Below are positions 38,836 through 48,686 of a stretch of DNA of 64,000 nucleotides, piece after piece. The notes beneath the pieces were generated by a model that saw only the letters and a list, made by a program, of their open reading frames with translations, searched no databases and was not told the DNA's origin. Both the position numbers and the translations under genes were made by a program. Source of the stretch: Candidatus Micrarchaeota archaeon (lineage in GTDB: Archaea; Micrarchaeota; Micrarchaeia; Anstonellales; Bilamarchaeaceae); the NCBI GenBank assembly GCA_043827025.1, contig JBDRPL010000005.1, positions 32,001 to 96,000 of the forward strand, read 5' to 3'. Within the stretch, counting starts at the first letter, position 1. Every line of letters begins with the position of its first letter.

Positions 38836-38964
38836 CTTATTTTCTTGTCTTTGAAAGAGAATGTTAGAATTTCTAATATTATTTTAGTAGCATTGAATTA
38901 AACGTTATTACATACGTAAAAAAACGTAACATTTAATATATTAAACATACAATAAGCTGCAGAT

Positions 38965-39638
38965 ATGCAAAAGCTTCTTTCAAGACCTGAGAAAAATATT
39001 ATTATATTGCAAGAACTGCCTTTACTTGGTGTAGATGTTGCCAAGAAATTAAGAACTGCTTTTGAACGTTCTGAAAACAAAGGGTATTTTGAAATTCACA
39101 CTGTTCCAGAGCCTGGAAAGGCTAAAAGTGATGAAGTGTTTACAAGTAGCGTGCCAAAATAATGATAATACAAAATTATTTTCCTGATCAGATCCCTTTC
39201 TATTTTAGTGATTTTGAAATATATACTGACCATTCTCCTTTTATCCTAATAACTGGAGAACCAGATGCGCCAATTCCAATTCCTAGTAACTGGGAACAAG
39301 TACTTTCTAGTTTAGCTGAGTTAGGGCTTAGAAAAATACATTTGTTTGGTTATGAAGCTCAAACAGTGCCTTTTGAAATGTGGGAAATATTTTATTCTAG
39401 GCGCTTAGATAATCCCCATCATAAAAGGATCTATGAAACAATGCACAAATTGTTTTTAGAAAAGCCTGAAGTCAAAGAAGAACCTGTTTTGATGATAGGT
39501 TGTGTTCTTGGTGCATATATTGAATTATTGGCAGCAAGAAAACAGTTTGGTTGTGATATTGTTCTTGAGCATGAGCTATTGAATCCAGGTTTTGATGAAC
39601 AGAATGTTGCGATATGGGCCCAAATCCTAGCAAAATAA
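38965..39638 (+). other. Two coupled ORFs (38965-39162, 39162-39638) or one frameshifted hypothetical gene
   Basis: TAATG overlap directly after an A-run. Confidence 0.4.
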
Positions 39639-40051
39639 CAATATATTGGAATTTCTAGAAGTTTATTGGAAAGAGATAATTTACCTATGTCCCCAATCGG
39701 TTTCACGTTGGTAATGGTATTGTTCTAAGTTTTAGCAATGCAAAAGCCTACCTAATTGATACGGAAATACTAAAGAATATTACACTGATTGACACAGTAT
39801 TTCATCGCATTTCCAGAACAATTAATGCAGAAAAGATCGCGTCATTCTAACAGTAAACTACTTTCATTATCAAGTACTGTTAGTGTAAACCAGACTTTAT
39901 TGCACACAGCACAATTTTGTAGATCGGTTTACTAACACAGTATGAAGTGGCAAAACTGGAAAAGGTAATCCTGGTTAAACGGATGAAAGGGTTGAAAAGA
40001 AGTGTTTTGAAGGAATTTTGGCATAACTGGCGTACTGCTACGGTGTTTATT

Positions 40052-40747
40052 TTATGGGGGTTTACTGAGGTGGTGTTTTTCAAAAGTTGGACAAAGGTTA
40101 TCAAAAAGTTCAAACTCAAATCCTCGAATAATAGACACAAGTTTTGAATCAACTGAAAATCCAAGGAGTTCATAGTCATTTGTATCCCATCGGACATATA
40201 CCTGATCATTTCTTTTAGAAGTCTTATGTTCGTACCTAGTACGTAAATTATTTACCTCTTTTATCCAAAGAGAATATTCTTTCAGTAGCCATTCACACAA
40301 TTCGTGATCTCTTTTAATGATTAGATAATCTTCTTTAATTAAATCCATGTACTCTTTTCCACAATTCCCACATAAATTCCTTATTTTTGTAGAAACTTGC
40401 GTATTCAAAGAATTAAAGAATGAAGTCAGTTCAAAAGTTTGTAATGTTTTAGTTGTAGCTCCGTTCTGCTGAAGAATTATACGACATGTACAGTTTACAA
40501 GTCTTTTTGCACTAGTAATAAATGAGTCGCATTCAAAATCTAAAGGTGCAAGTTTAACCTTTGGCATTTTGCCTTTTAGAAGTGGATCTATTGATTCAAA
40601 AATTTCAGTACTTGTATAATATTTTCTCATATTGGAGAAATGATATCCACATTTTTCTTTTAAATAAAAATATTCAGAAATAAGGTCTTCTTTTTGTCCT
40701 ACTTCATTCTCAAGTTTCTTCATTTTCATCCCATTTCCTTTCCTCAT
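40052..40747 (-). CDS. Putative HEPN-domain RNase
   Basis: All-helical ORF with NNL-RTRYEH (Rx4H) motif; AT-rich; next to TA genes. Confidence 0.55.
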   Translation of the reverse strand: MRKGNGMKMKKLENEVGQKEDLISEYFYLKEKCGYHFSNMRKYYTSTEIFESIDPLLKGKMPKVKLAPLDFECDSFITSAKRLVNCTCRIILQQNGATTKTLQTFELTSFFNSLNTQVSTKIRNLCGNCGKEYMDLIKEDYLIIKRDHELCEWLLKEYSLWIKEVNNLRTRYEHKTSKRNDQVYVRWDTNDYELLGFSVDSKLVSIIRGFEFELFDNLCPTFEKHHLSKPP

Positions 40748-40801
40748 CCCATCTATTTATTCCTTTCTTTCCTAAATGTTATTAGTTTTTCTAAGTATGT
40801 C

Positions 40802-41179
40802 TTAGATAAGTTCAACATCAACCAAACCCTTGAAATCACGATCCTTTGTCCAAAGGATTAAACCATGACACCTTGCAGATGTGTAAATTATGCAATCAAT
40901 AAGGCTTATTTTTCCATTTTTTCTTCGTTCGTCAGCATATATCCTTCCGCTGGCTACGAATACGTCCTCGTCCAATTCAAGCATTACTGAAAGGGATCTA
41001 ATAGTTTCAAGGTATTTCTCAGGAGATTCATTGTTCTTATGGCACCAGGCCGAAATCTCTGCAAGCGTAATCGGACAGGTATAAACGCCGACATTCTGAT
41101 AAAGCAACTTCCTGATTTTATTACCTGTTTCCGTAGACGTAAGATACTCTATCCATGCAGACGTATCTAATAAAATCAT
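40802..41179 (-). CDS. vapC: VapC/PIN toxin
   Basis: LLDTSAWIE, ITLAE, SLIDCII, TKDRDF. Confidence 0.92.
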   Translation of the reverse strand: MILLDTSAWIEYLTSTETGNKIRKLLYQNVGVYTCPITLAEISAWCHKNNESPEKYLETIRSLSVMLELDEDVFVASGRIYADERRKNGKISLIDCIIYTSARCHGLILWTKDRDFKGLVDVELI

Positions 41180-41394
41180 CAGAATTCCCTTGTTTTCTTA
41201 TCTCTCTCGAAAGGTTTTGTGAAATGTTTTGCCATTCCAAATCCAAGATCAATTTCCGCCATATCTCTATGCTTAAGCAATACAACATCGATTTCGTCGC
41301 CGATTTTCAGGTTTTCCTGCTCTAGCCGTTCCTTTGGTATAAGTACACACGCCGAAGAACCAAGAGGCCTTATTTTAGATTTAAAGATGTCCAC
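41179..41394 (-). CDS. AbrB/MazE-type antitoxin
   Basis: KIRPLGSSACVLIPK...LKIGDEI; overlaps vapC. Confidence 0.88.
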   Translation of the reverse strand: MDIFKSKIRPLGSSACVLIPKERLEQENLKIGDEIDVVLLKHRDMAEIDLGFGMAKHFTKPFERDKKTREF

Positions 41395-41468
41395 ACAATC
41401 ACCAATTATAATATATTATACGAAAGGTTTATAATTATAATTGATTATAATTTATCTGTCATTTTGTT

Positions 41469-41846
41469 TCATCTCTTTACCTCTTTCAATAGATCCTCAT
41501 CAAAGCTAATCAATTCTGAGCCTGTCGTTCTTGCCAGATAAACTAATGACGCGTCAATAAAGCTCAGCTGATGCTTCTGTTTCTTGTAGATATCTATGAT
41601 TTTACCAAAATCATCCTCTGAGACAAATATGATTCTAAAATTTTCAGCTTGTTGCACAGTTTCAAGGAATGCTTTTGAAGCTTCCAATCCATTTTTATAC
41701 AACAAAACCGTTGCTGTTTCCCCGATTACGTATTCTGAAAGCAGGAACTTCCTATCGACGTAATTCTTCATCATGGAAATTGCCTTCTCGTGATTGGAAT
41801 CATCCTTATCGTAAAACGAAATTAAAAAAGAGCTGTCAAGGATCAT
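41469..41846 (-). CDS. vapC: VapC/PIN toxin
   Basis: ILDSSFLIS..D.NHEKA, VIGET, LSFIDAS, SFDEDL. Confidence 0.92.
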   Translation of the reverse strand: MILDSSFLISFYDKDDSNHEKAISMMKNYVDRKFLLSEYVIGETATVLLYKNGLEASKAFLETVQQAENFRIIFVSEDDFGKIIDIYKKQKHQLSFIDASLVYLARTTGSELISFDEDLLKEVKR

Positions 41847-42113
41847 CTAATCACGTTTCCCATAAAGGATTTTGTCTATATTTTTACTCAAATCTTTCTC
41901 GCCAGATCTGAATGCAATCCTATCATAAGTATCAAAGAAGCTTTTGTACTTCTTCTTCGATTTCTGCTGATCCTTTTCCTTCAAATGCTCCTTGGCCAAC
42001 CTAGCGATTTCATCCAAAGCTTCACCAGTATTCAGGTCGTGCAAATGTGCGTATTCATAAATGAATTCCTTTGTCTTCTCATCAACTTTTCGAACTGCGA
42101 ATATGTCTGCCAT
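41847..42113 (-). CDS. Putative antitoxin (RHH-like)
   Basis: Abuts vapC; C-terminal DLSKNIDKILYG typical of archaeal VapB. Confidence 0.75.
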   Translation of the reverse strand: MADIFAVRKVDEKTKEFIYEYAHLHDLNTGEALDEIARLAKEHLKEKDQQKSKKKYKSFFDTYDRIAFRSGEKDLSKNIDKILYGKRD

Positions 42114-42129
42114 CTAAACACCTGTATAA

Positions 42130-42173
42130 CATGTTAAACAAATAGTTTTTAAAGGTTATACTTGTTTAACATG
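42130..42173 (-). promoter_or_regulatory. Operator: 12-bp perfect inverted repeat bracketing a TATA box
   Basis: CATGTTAAACAA-N20-TTGTTTAACATG; spacer contains TTTAAAAA on the minus strand. Confidence 0.65.
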
Positions 42174-42251
42174 CGACCTAGAGCTTACTTTGATATTTAC
42201 AATATACCTCAATTAGTAACACTTTTATTCATTTCCTAATATCATATAACT

Positions 42252-43577
42252 ATGCCTTTAGCTGAATTCACAGAAATATACAACTATCTTTTGAAATTCA
42301 CCTCGCCACCTAGCAGTACAGTTGAGAGCGCACATAGAGGACTTGATTCCATTTCATCTATTCAAAATAGTACTGATGCCCTAAAAGAAACTCCGTTTTC
42401 AGAGACATTAAGGCTAGCCAGAATCACTTTGGGCAGGTTTGAAGAAGCTGGAATAACCTACGAGCAAACAGTAAATCAAGCGAGGAATTTGGCTGAAAAA
42501 CTTGTTTCTGCATTACATTCTGTTCGTAATCTTCCGTGGAAAGGTTGGAGCCTTTCCAACGACCAAATAGATTTTTTGTTTGATGTTGTCATGCCGGCCC
42601 AAAAAGCAGAGCGTGAGCTTAGGAATATGCTTTCTGGAAAAAGACTGGTCCATCCAGATATCATGGAAAATAAAGACACAATCAGCATCCTGGAGATTCA
42701 TGTTACTGAGAGGTGTATGGTAGGCTGCCCCTTTTGTGGAAATGCCTCTAAACCTAATAATCCAGTCATGGATATTCAGATGGTTCATGACCTTCTGCAA
42801 AGCCCACAGGTTTCTTTCGATGGGTCAAAGACTGTTTATATTGGGAGTGCAGAGGTTTTAGCATATCCTTATCCAAGAGAACTTGCTGAGTGCGCGATTT
42901 CAATGGTCAAGGATTATGGAATTTTTCTAGGTTTCAATATTTCAGGTTTATTGCCTCCAAATCGTCATTTTGGCAAAACCTTCCTTGAAGGATTGGCTGA
43001 ATTTGGTCCCTACGCCCAGGACGTAGTTGTCTTTCTGAGTATTAATCCTATGAATCCATATGCAGTAAAAGATAGTTCTGCATATATTGATTCTCTAGCT
43101 GATACTATTGGTTTACTCAAAGCTGCAAATGTCAGGCATTATTTGAATGCACGATATAGGGAGGAATCTGAACAAGATGCAGTTTTTCAGTTAATCAAAA
43201 GACTCGAGTCGCGATGCGGCCACAGTCTTGGAAAAGAGATTCGTCCGATAAACGCTATCGGAGATGGTGTGAACGTTATTGGCAATGTTTACACCGGACG
43301 CTGTGACATTTGGTTCAAAACTGATCCACAATTCGGAATTCGGCATAACGGCGAAGCAGTGGTAGGTTGTTGTGGCCTTGGAGCACGCGGATCCAGTTGC
43401 GGGAATGTTTACGAACATGATGCAACCCAGCTAAGGCAAAACCTATCAGTTATGCTAAGGAAGTTACGAGGAGCATATGAAAATGAGAGAATCAAAACCA
43501 GTTGTGAATTCCACAGGACTTGCGGAATCAACATTACTTCGCCTCGTTCTTCTAGACCAATTCTTCAGAGGCGTTGA
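42252..43577 (+). CDS. Radical SAM protein with Cys-rich C-terminus
   Basis: CMVGCPFC (CxxxCxxC); C-terminal C...GCC...GNV...C SPASM/twitch-like. Confidence 0.75.
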   Translation: MPLAEFTEIYNYLLKFTSPPSSTVESAHRGLDSISSIQNSTDALKETPFSETLRLARITLGRFEEAGITYEQTVNQARNLAEKLVSALHSVRNLPWKGWSLSNDQIDFLFDVVMPAQKAERELRNMLSGKRLVHPDIMENKDTISILEIHVTERCMVGCPFCGNASKPNNPVMDIQMVHDLLQSPQVSFDGSKTVYIGSAEVLAYPYPRELAECAISMVKDYGIFLGFNISGLLPPNRHFGKTFLEGLAEFGPYAQDVVVFLSINPMNPYAVKDSSAYIDSLADTIGLLKAANVRHYLNARYREESEQDAVFQLIKRLESRCGHSLGKEIRPINAIGDGVNVIGNVYTGRCDIWFKTDPQFGIRHNGEAVVGCCGLGARGSSCGNVYEHDATQLRQNLSVMLRKLRGAYENERIKTSCEFHRTCGINITSPRSSRPILQRR

Positions 43578-43639
43578 TCCTTGAGTTAACCATAGAAAAA
43601 CATATAAACTATATTATCTACATATTATAACTGATCATA

Positions 43640-44143
43640 ATGTCCCATAAAAAACAATTAACTGCTAGAAATATTTATCCACATACTTCAAGAGCATTAG
43701 TATTCATGCGCGGGGTGATATCATTTTCACTCAGTAATGAGGTTGCTTTAGAAGGCCTAAGGAGATTTGAGGGTAAAACAGGTTTCAAACTGCAACGAAA
43801 TAACTATCTACGACAACTAAGAGATGGTGCTACTTTTTTTGATATTTGCCGGATTCTTCAAAGAGAGAAATTGTCTTCAGAAGCACAGATATATCTTACC
43901 AAAGAGCTTAAACAACTTTACGATCAGACGCTTAACTTTGCTTTAGCTAAAAGCTACGGAATATTTGCGCAATTGACTCCAGAAACGCTTCGACAACATT
44001 TTATGCATGACGTGCAAATTGCCTTTCAGGATCTAGAGCCTGTTCCCGCCCTTAAGAGAATGTGGTTGCAAGCAAAGGAATTGGAAGTAAAGCAATTGTG
44101 TGGACCTGCAAGAAGGAATATTGTAGATTTGATTCAGTTTTGA
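43640..44143 (+). CDS. Hypothetical protein
   Basis: 167 aa ORF with upstream TATA-like AT tract. Confidence 0.5.
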   Translation: MSHKKQLTARNIYPHTSRALVFMRGVISFSLSNEVALEGLRRFEGKTGFKLQRNNYLRQLRDGATFFDICRILQREKLSSEAQIYLTKELKQLYDQTLNFALAKSYGIFAQLTPETLRQHFMHDVQIAFQDLEPVPALKRMWLQAKELEVKQLCGPARRNIVDLIQF

Positions 44144-44246
44144 CAAACCTACTTCCAAAAGATTCCTTCGTCACCTGCCGTTCAATTTTTCACATCCTTT
44201 TTAAACCCTCTTTTTCAATCCTAATCATCTAATTTAGGGTGGCAAA

Positions 44247-46163
44247 ATGAACATTACTCAAAAGATAATAAAGGAGCACTTAGTCGAAGGAGAAATGGTT
44301 GCTGGGAAGGAAATCGGAATCAAGATAGACCAGACTCTAACCCAGGATGCGACGGGAACAATGGCATACCTGGAATTTGAGGCATTGAATATTCCAAGAG
44401 CGAAAACCGAATTGTCAGTGAGTTACGTTGACCATAATATGCTTCAAACCGATTTCAAGAATCCGGATGATCATTTATACTTACAGTCAATTGCTGCAAA
44501 ATATGGCATTCTATTTTCAAGGCCTGGGAATGGCATATGCCATCAAGTCCATTTAGAGAGATTCGCAAGGCCTGGAAGAACATTGATTGGAAGTGATTCC
44601 CATACGCCTACTGCAGGAGGTATTGGTTCATTATCTATAGGTGCAGGAGGATTAGATGTTGCACTTGCAATGGGTGGAGATACCTTTTATTTGAATATGC
44701 CTAAAGTAGTTGGCGTAAAACTAACTGGAAAATTAGGTCCATGGACATCTGCAAAGGATGTGGTTCTGGAGTTATTGAAAAGAGTCACTGTAAAAGGAGG
44801 AAAGGGCAAGGTTTACGAGTATTTTGGCCCGGGAACAAAAACATTGTCTGTTGCAGAACGAGCTACAATCACAAACATGGGAACAGAAACAGGGGCAACA
44901 AGCTCAATTTTCCCTTCTGATGAAATCACAAAAGAGTTCCTGAAATCCCAAAAAAGAGAAAATCAGTGGATAGAATTGAAGGCGGATTCAGAACAATATG
45001 ATGAAATAATTGAAATCGATTTGTCTTCAATAGAGCCCTTGATTGCCAAACCACATTCACCAGGAGAGGTTGTGCCTGTGAAAAAGGTAGAGGGAACAAG
45101 AATAAGGCAGGTTATTGTGGGATCATGTACTAATTCATCCTACAAGGATTTGATGATTTTTGCAAAGGCAATGAAAGGAAAGACAGTTCATCCTGAGGTA
45201 AGCCTTTGTGTTTTACCAGGTTCGAGACAGGTCTATCAGGAAATTGCAAGAAATGGCGCATTGGCAGACCTTATCAAAGCAGGTGCAAGAATATTGGAAT
45301 CAGCCTGTGGCCCCTGCATAGGCATGGGACAAGCACCACCATCTGAGAGTGTCACAATAAGGACATTCAACAGGAATTTCGAAGGAAGATGCGGGACAAA
45401 AGATGCAAAGGCATATCTATGTTCTCCGGAAGTTGCAGCAGCATGTGCAATATATGGAGAAATTGCAGACCCACGGAAATTAGGTGTATGCCCTGAAATA
45501 GAGCCTTCAGCAGGAATTGTTGATGATTCTATGATAATCCTGCCTACAAAGGACGGATCTTCAGTTAAAATAGTAAAAGGCCCGAACATAAAACCATTGC
45601 CTGAGATGAAACCCTTGGAGGACAATATTTCAAAAGAGGTTTTGTTGAAGGTCGGGGACAATATTACAACAGACCATATAATGCCTGCGGGCGCACAGAT
45701 ATTGCCATTGCGCTCTAACATCCCGGCAATTTCTGAATTCGTTTACAATTCCGTTGACAAGGACTTCGTAAAAAGAGCAAAGGAAAAACAAGGAGGAATG
45801 ATTATCGGCGGCGAAAACTATGGCCAGGGATCTTCAAGGGAACATGCTGCAATTGCTCCTTTATACTTAGGAATAAAGGCAAAGATAGTGAAATCCTATG
45901 CAAGGATACATCTTGCAAATTTAGTTAATTGGGGAATACTGCCTTTGGAATTTGCCGATCCGTCAGATTATGACAAGATTGAACAGGGAGACAAATTGGA
46001 ACTTATGGATATTAAGGAATCATTAAAGAATGGAAAGAACATAAAAGTAAAAAACACAACAAAATCATTCGAGTTTGAGGCAAAATATAATTTATCTAAA
46101 AGAGACGTTGCAACACTTGTTGCTGGCGGTTCAATTAATTATGTAAAACAAAGACATGGATAA
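44247..46163 (+). CDS. acn: Aconitate hydratase (TIGR01342-like)
   Basis: TQDATGT, GICHQ, SDSHT, GSCTN, CGPCIG, TDHI.PAG, GSSREHA. Confidence 0.95.
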   Translation: MNITQKIIKEHLVEGEMVAGKEIGIKIDQTLTQDATGTMAYLEFEALNIPRAKTELSVSYVDHNMLQTDFKNPDDHLYLQSIAAKYGILFSRPGNGICHQVHLERFARPGRTLIGSDSHTPTAGGIGSLSIGAGGLDVALAMGGDTFYLNMPKVVGVKLTGKLGPWTSAKDVVLELLKRVTVKGGKGKVYEYFGPGTKTLSVAERATITNMGTETGATSSIFPSDEITKEFLKSQKRENQWIELKADSEQYDEIIEIDLSSIEPLIAKPHSPGEVVPVKKVEGTRIRQVIVGSCTNSSYKDLMIFAKAMKGKTVHPEVSLCVLPGSRQVYQEIARNGALADLIKAGARILESACGPCIGMGQAPPSESVTIRTFNRNFEGRCGTKDAKAYLCSPEVAAACAIYGEIADPRKLGVCPEIEPSAGIVDDSMIILPTKDGSSVKIVKGPNIKPLPEMKPLEDNISKEVLLKVGDNITTDHIMPAGAQILPLRSNIPAISEFVYNSVDKDFVKRAKEKQGGMIIGGENYGQGSSREHAAIAPLYLGIKAKIVKSYARIHLANLVNWGILPLEFADPSDYDKIEQGDKLELMDIKESLKNGKNIKVKNTTKSFEFEAKYNLSKRDVATLVAGGSINYVKQRHG

Positions 46164-46169
46164 TACTAG

Positions 46170-47417
46170 GTGAAAAATATGGTGATAAGTGGAGAAAAAA
46201 TAAAGATGGAGAATGGAAAACTAGTGGTACCCAACATACCTTATATCCCATACATCAAAGGGGACGGAGTTGGAGAAGACATCTGGCCAGTAGTCCAAAG
46301 AATCATTGATGCAGCAGTTGCAAAGGCATATGGAAACACTAACAGGGTGCCGAACAAAGCAATATTTTGGCTTGAAGCTCCTGCCGGAGATAAGGCATAT
46401 AAAGAAACCGGCGAATATCTTCCCCAAAACACAGTAGATATGATAAGAGAATACCTAGTTGCAATAAAGGGTCCTTTAACTACTCCAGTTGGTGGGGGCC
46501 ACAGATCATTGAATGTAACTATGCGCCAAGTGTTAGACCTATATTGTTGTGTCAGACCTGTCAAATGGTTCGAGGGGGTTCCAAATCCAATGAAAAATCC
46601 TGAGAAATTGAATGTGGTGATTTTCAGGGAAAATACAGAAGATGTATATGCGGGAATCGAATTCAAGGAAGGCAGCGATGAAGTAAAAAAAGTGATTGAC
46701 CTGATGTCCAACATGGGCAAGAAGATAAGGCCAGATTCAGGCATCGGAATAAAACCGATTTCAATAACTGGAACCAAAAGATTGGTGGAAGCTGCTATTG
46801 ATTATGCAATAAAATATAGGAAAACTAGAGTGACTTTGATGCACAAGGGAAACATAATGAAATTTACAGAAGGCGCATTCAGGGAATGGGGTTATGCGGT
46901 TGCAAAGGAAAAGTTTCCTGATAAGGTCATAACAGAACAGGAAGTCACGGATAACCACGGAGGAAAAATCCCTGAGGGAAAAATAATGATAAATGACAGA
47001 ATTGCAGACTCAATGTTCCAGCAGGTTTTATTAAGGCCTGATGAATATGAGGTAATTGCCACAACCAATCTGAATGGGGATTACATAAGCGATGCATGTG
47101 CTGCACAGGTTGGCGGTTTGGGAATTGCTCCTGGCGCAAACATCAATTATAAGACCGGACATGCATTGTTTGAAGCAACACATGGCACTGCACCAAAGCA
47201 TGCAGGGCAGGACAAGGTGAATCCAGGCTCTTTGCTTCTTTCAGCAGTCATGATGCTTGATTATATGGGATGGGAAGAGGCTGCCAAAATGATTGAATCA
47301 GCATTTGAAAAGACAATCAACCAAAAGATCGTGACCTACGATTTTGCAAGGCAGATGGAAGGCGCAACTGAAGTCAAATGTTCTGAATTTGGCGCGAAAA
47401 TAATTGAAAATCTTTGA
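46170..47417 (+). CDS. icd: Isocitrate dehydrogenase (NADP, bacterial type)
   Basis: [46 protein letters not shown]. Confidence 0.97.
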   Translation: MKNMVISGEKIKMENGKLVVPNIPYIPYIKGDGVGEDIWPVVQRIIDAAVAKAYGNTNRVPNKAIFWLEAPAGDKAYKETGEYLPQNTVDMIREYLVAIKGPLTTPVGGGHRSLNVTMRQVLDLYCCVRPVKWFEGVPNPMKNPEKLNVVIFRENTEDVYAGIEFKEGSDEVKKVIDLMSNMGKKIRPDSGIGIKPISITGTKRLVEAAIDYAIKYRKTRVTLMHKGNIMKFTEGAFREWGYAVAKEKFPDKVITEQEVTDNHGGKIPEGKIMINDRIADSMFQQVLLRPDEYEVIATTNLNGDYISDACAAQVGGLGIAPGANINYKTGHALFEATHGTAPKHAGQDKVNPGSLLLSAVMMLDYMGWEEAAKMIESAFEKTINQKIVTYDFARQMEGATEVKCSEFGAKIIENL

Positions 47418-47449
47418 ATGGGAAACAATGAATAACGAGGGACAATCAC

Positions 47450-48682
47450 ATGGCAAGAAGAAAAATCCGCGAATACGATGGGCGAAGGCTTTTTGGCGAA
47501 TACTTTGGAATTCCTAGCGAATCGATCCTAGTTGATTCTTCTACGGATATTGAAGGATTGGGCAAAACTCACCCCTGGCTGAATTCAAAAAAACTGGTGG
47601 TGAAGCCAGATGTGTTGATGGGGAAAAAAGGCAAGCACAACCTCATTCTCCTAAATGCGGATTTTTCTGCTGCCAAAGGCTTCATAAAAGAGCACCTCAA
47701 TAAAGAAATGAAAATCGGGAACATTTCAGGAGTTCTGACACACTTCATAATCCAGCCATTTGTCCCTCATCAAAATGAATATTTCGTTTCCATCATGAGC
47801 GGAAGGGATGCTGACAAGATATACATCTCTGAAAAAGGAGGGGTTGACATTGAAGAGAACTGGGAAACAGTCAAACACATAGATGTTCCTATTGCCGGCC
47901 CCTTTCCCAAAGAAGAATTGGCAAAATGCCTTTCTTCATTTGGAAATGAAAAAGATGCAACAACGAAATTCATAGAAAAACTTTACCAGTTCTTTGCAGA
48001 ATATGATTTTTCATACTTGGAGCTAAACCCGTTTTGTTTTGTGGATGGAAAGGCAATTCCATTGGGATTTGTTGGAGAGGTGGATGATTGTGCAGAATAT
48101 AAGGATTATAAGAGATGGGGCAATTTGGCATTTCCCCAGTCCTTTGGCAAGAAACTGACGAAAGAGGAAGAGTTCATAAAAGACCTGGATTCCAAGACAG
48201 GGGCTTCCCTGAAACTTACAATTTTGAATCCAAAGGGCAAGATATGGCCCATGGTCGCAGGAGGAGGCGCATCAGTTATCTATGCAGACACAATTGTAGA
48301 TCTTGGATGCGGCAATGAGCTTGCCATATATGGGGAATATTCCGGGGACCCCAATGAAGAAGAAACCTATCAGTATGCCAAGACTGTTTTGGACCTGATG
48401 ACAAGGGAATCAAGAAAAGACGGCAAGGTTCTGCTGATAGGAGGCGGAGTTGCAAATTTCACAGATGTTGCAAAAACATTCAAAGGCATCATCCGAGCAT
48501 TGAAGGAATATAAGGAAAAACTAAAGAAAAATAATGTCAAGATATACATCAGAAGGGGCGGACCAAATTATGAGGTTGGCCTGGAACTTATGAGAAAACT
48601 AGGAGGGGAATTAGGAGTACCTATGGAGGTTTATGGCCCAGAAACCCACATGACAAAGATTGTCGCGTTAGCTTTGAAGTGA
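47450..48682 (+). CDS. aclB: ATP citrate lyase, beta subunit
   Basis: KIREYD, LVVKPD, ASLKLTILNPKG, AGGGASV, YGEYSG, GGGVANFT, RRGGPNY. Confidence 0.95.
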   Translation: MARRKIREYDGRRLFGEYFGIPSESILVDSSTDIEGLGKTHPWLNSKKLVVKPDVLMGKKGKHNLILLNADFSAAKGFIKEHLNKEMKIGNISGVLTHFIIQPFVPHQNEYFVSIMSGRDADKIYISEKGGVDIEENWETVKHIDVPIAGPFPKEELAKCLSSFGNEKDATTKFIEKLYQFFAEYDFSYLELNPFCFVDGKAIPLGFVGEVDDCAEYKDYKRWGNLAFPQSFGKKLTKEEEFIKDLDSKTGASLKLTILNPKGKIWPMVAGGGASVIYADTIVDLGCGNELAIYGEYSGDPNEEETYQYAKTVLDLMTRESRKDGKVLLIGGGVANFTDVAKTFKGIIRALKEYKEKLKKNNVKIYIRRGGPNYEVGLELMRKLGGELGVPMEVYGPETHMTKIVALALK

Positions 48683-48686
48683 TACT

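Noticed and set aside
39640..40050. Possible genes or ncRNA in an AT-rich gap
   Set aside because: Only short ORFs without motifs or convincing structure; probably decayed DNA
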